A DNA stretch of 52,909 nt, counting the filler, from Catajapyx aquilonaris (Eukaryota): assembly GCA_000934665.2 (NCBI GenBank). It is 3 parts of 3 records of this genome, joined end to end, with 100 filler letters (N's around TTAATTAATTAA, not from the genome) between each part and the next. Parts side by side here need not be neighbours in the genome. Positions count along the whole stretch, not along the records: positions 35,339 to 52,909 come from JYFJ02006917.1; 2 more parts are not named here. One strand, written 5' to 3'. The translations under genes and the position numbers were made by a program. Shown here in pieces: positions 50,151-52,909 of this stretch (within the stretch, counting starts at the first letter, position 1; the number at the start of each line of letters is the position of its first letter). The notes under the pieces were generated by a model. It was not told the DNA's origin and ran no database searches. It saw nothing but the letters and a program-made list of their open reading frames with translations.

Positions 50151-50996
50151 TCAGACGCACGATTCTTGATTATTCCCCACGCTGGTCATGAGGTAATTGG
50201 AAGGAAACCTCTTCTTCACAAACGTCCGAATGGCAATGTGTACCTCTCCGTTCAGGAAACAAAATAGACACGCCACACAAAAACCCTGCAAAAATATCGT
50301 ATATATTATTGTGTCTCACATTTTTTTGATGGACTCTGTGTGCATAAATGTGCAAAAATAAAACAAAACCTGGAATGACGAGGCTACTGACGACACCACT
50401 TGGTAAACCACTTCTCCAGGTGACCCTGGTTCGGGTCTGAAAGGGGTCAGGATGTAGTGAAGACCCAGAAGGGGGATGAGGATGAGTGTTGCCCTAACTG
50501 CCTTTCGGGGTCCATTGGCTTCATGATTGGTCTGCGCCCTCAGCTTGGTCACCAGAAGCCTCACAATGTTGATCAGGAAGACCAGGTTTGCCAGTAGAGA
50601 TATGCAGACCGGAGCAGACATGATCCACGTGAAATGGCTCTCGTCGATCCAGCAGCTTTTTAGAAAATATTATGCATGTTAGCTCTATATTTCTGCCAAT
50701 TCCTATAGCCATTTAGAAAAAAAGCTAGGGTGTGATATCACTTAGGTTGCTATAGGAATGCGAGTGTCAATTTACTGGAGTGTTTCCTCCGGGTGCGAGG
50801 CTCGTACTGCGGCGTAAATGGTGGTCAGGATGGCCGGGAGTCCCCATCCGATGGTGTAGAAGGAGCGTAATAGGCAGCTTTCCTTGACGAAAGCGACCAC
50901 CAAGAGGGTGTGCAGGTAAAGGCCTTCGCAGAACATCCAGAAGTAGTTGGCCACCAGGAAGTAGTGGAGCAGGACGTGAAGTATTTGGCATCCCAG
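50151..50996 (-). CDS. Paralogous calcitonin/CGRP/DH31-type class B1 GPCR, TM3 to C-terminus (5' exons not found in the window)
   Basis: Exons 50996-50776 ([29 protein letters not shown]...GWGLP), 50655-50370 ([24 protein letters not shown]...[14 protein letters not shown]...SSFQ) and 50285-50151 (GFCVACLFCFLNGEVHIAIRTFVKKRFPSNYLMTSVGNNQESCV*). Intron phases match receptor 1. Confidence 0.92.
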
Positions 50997-52491
50997 CTGT
51001 GGGATACAAATAGGTGTAAATTAACCATGACACTATAGATGATCTCAATTTTAAATATAATTTACTTTGCATAAGCATACTGCGTTTTAATAGTATTTCT
51101 GTTCAAAAATGAAATTGGAGATGCTGTTCAAAATTTAGACCATCATTACTATGGAATATCTCTGAAAATACTAATGGTATTTGACATATTATACCGGCAG
51201 ATAATATTTCATTGATGACAGTCCTGCAGGAGCGTAGTGTTGCATGGTTGTATCCCATTTAAACGGTACCATATAGCGTTATGAAAAGGTGCAGAAGGCA
51301 TATGGGCCTATAAAAGCCATTGCAATATTTCTAAACCGTTACCAACGTTTGGTAGCCGTTAGTGGTAAAAAATAATTCGACGTAAAATGTGACTCAACTA
51401 CTGGAGAAAAATTAATGTGACTTGTCGCAATATTTTACAGCGAGTCGTGCTCTTTCAATAAGGTGGAAACTGCTGCAAAATCTTTCTCTAAATGTTAAAG
51501 CATCAAGTGTAGTACAGTACGTTATGCAGTGCGTTGAAATTGAAGAGTTCACATGATTGAATCCACAACTATGGTAATTCAATGTTCAGGTTTTTCCCAT
51601 ACTTCGCGGGGTTGCGGTTGGAACAAACCGTAGAAATTATTCCATTCAACCTTATTTTGCTTGATAATATTCAGTAGCCCATACAAGTCATCCCTGAATA
51701 ATAATTAGTTGAATAGTACGAAGGGCATGAAAAAACTGCAAACTGCCACCGACATATCAATTGAAATAATATCCTCTGTACAGTATAGCATACCATATAA
51801 TGTAGTGGTCTTCATTGGGAATTCAGGACCACATTTTTGTCCAGTACTTTAGTCACACCTCACAAAGGTTGTCAATTTGAGTTACGCTCAGAATTCAGAA
51901 ATGGCGCTTTTCAAATCGAATCGGTATGAATGTTGGCAACAAGTGATTTTATTAGAATTTCATTCTTCACTTCGTGGCAGGGATAGAGATAACCCTTATC
52001 GATCTAGTCCTAGGAAAATTATTGTAAGTTTCACTTTCTTGAACATGTTATAGAAAAAACCCCACAAATGTTTGCAAAATATTCTTCCTAAATAATTATT
52101 ACTGTACGCATTATTAGAACGAATTTCACTACAATAAGCATGTTTTGTACTGCTGTGAACCTTAGAAAAATAATGTAATTTATTGCTCTTTTATGCCAAA
52201 GCATATTGGGTTCATTTGCAATGTGTAACGACTCATGAGCTATATAATGCCCAAATTAAACCACGTGACAACGTAAAACCCGTAAGTATTGTTGACAAGC
52301 TTCTGGGCACTTGTCTTCCCGATTATATTTTTCCTGATAGATGATGACATGATGTGAGAGGCATGAAGCGGATCTACTTAGAGAGACCTTGGTAGTTGTT
52401 TACATTTTCCCCCGTGACTCTCAAAACTGACGAGGCGGGAAGGAAAAGTCATCTTCACTTTGGACACTTTCGAGATAATGACATGAGATAA

Positions 52492-52909
52492 TTAACCCTT
52501 TGCTGCCTACGGCCGTCATATGATTTCCGAGCTTGCATTGCTGGAGGGCCTACGGACATCATATCATGTCCGAAGATTTGCCCTGCCAACTTGGGTCATT
52601 TTTCAACGCAAAAAAATTTCAACCTCACCGATTTTCTTGAAATTCGGTGCATTGGTAGCCCATCCCAAGGGACGAAAAACGCACCTATAGTGACCTGATA
52701 AAAGTGACCCTGTGACCCAATTTTGAGGGGGCAGAGGTCAAATCATAAAATTTCGACCTCGCCGATTTTCTTGAAATTCGGTGCATTGGTAGCCCACACC
52801 ACGGGATGAAAAACGCACCTATAGTTACTTGATCAAAATGACCTCGTGACCCAATTTTGAGGGGGGCAGAAGTCAAATCATAAAATTTCGACCTCACCGA
52901 TAGTTAGGG
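52492..52909. mobile_element. piggyBac-like non-autonomous element start with internal 134/135-bp tandem repeats
   Basis: TTAA|CCCTTTGCTGCCTAC at 52492. The unit aaaatttc.acctc.ccgattttcttgaaattcggtgcattggtagccc... recurs at about 52613, 52747 and 52882. Confidence 0.65.

Noticed and set aside
6928..50996. A functional cluster linking SelS, the unusual tRNA and the GPCRs
   Set aside because: They lie on different segments separated by artificial linkers, and the tRNA is Ile, not tRNA-Sec.
52613..52900. CRISPR-like array
   Set aside because: The whole 134-bp unit repeats with no unique spacers, the context is eukaryotic, and there are no cas genes.

Overview
Eukaryotic genomic DNA, most likely from an arthropod (inferred from the tRNA-Ile body and the DH31/calcitonin-type receptors; a Sec-containing SelS favours a lineage outside the higher insects). 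It consists of three ~17.6-kb segments joined by artificial N44-TTAATTAATTAA-N44 linkers, so linkage between segments cannot be assumed. Segment 1 (1-17575) holds the 3' half of a minus-strand selenoprotein S gene that the ORF track misses. It ends ...RRGPSSGG-U(TGA)-G-TAA and is followed by a stem-loop just after the stop, a type II SECIS candidate and a poly(A) signal. Its introns are packed with nested MITEs, SINEs and palindromic mariner remnants. Segment 2 (17676-35238) has no recognisable coding sequence but carries an intact tRNA-Ile with the GAT anticodon, which is rare in eukaryotes. Segment 3 (35339-52909) holds an apparently complete 10-exon class B1 GPCR (calcitonin/CGRP/DH31-receptor-like, about 449 aa) and, tail-to-tail, the 3' part of a paralogue with a different, intron-less C-terminus. 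I found no demonstrably new biological system. The strongest leads are the SelS recoding cassette, the G34 tRNA-Ile and the receptor pair.
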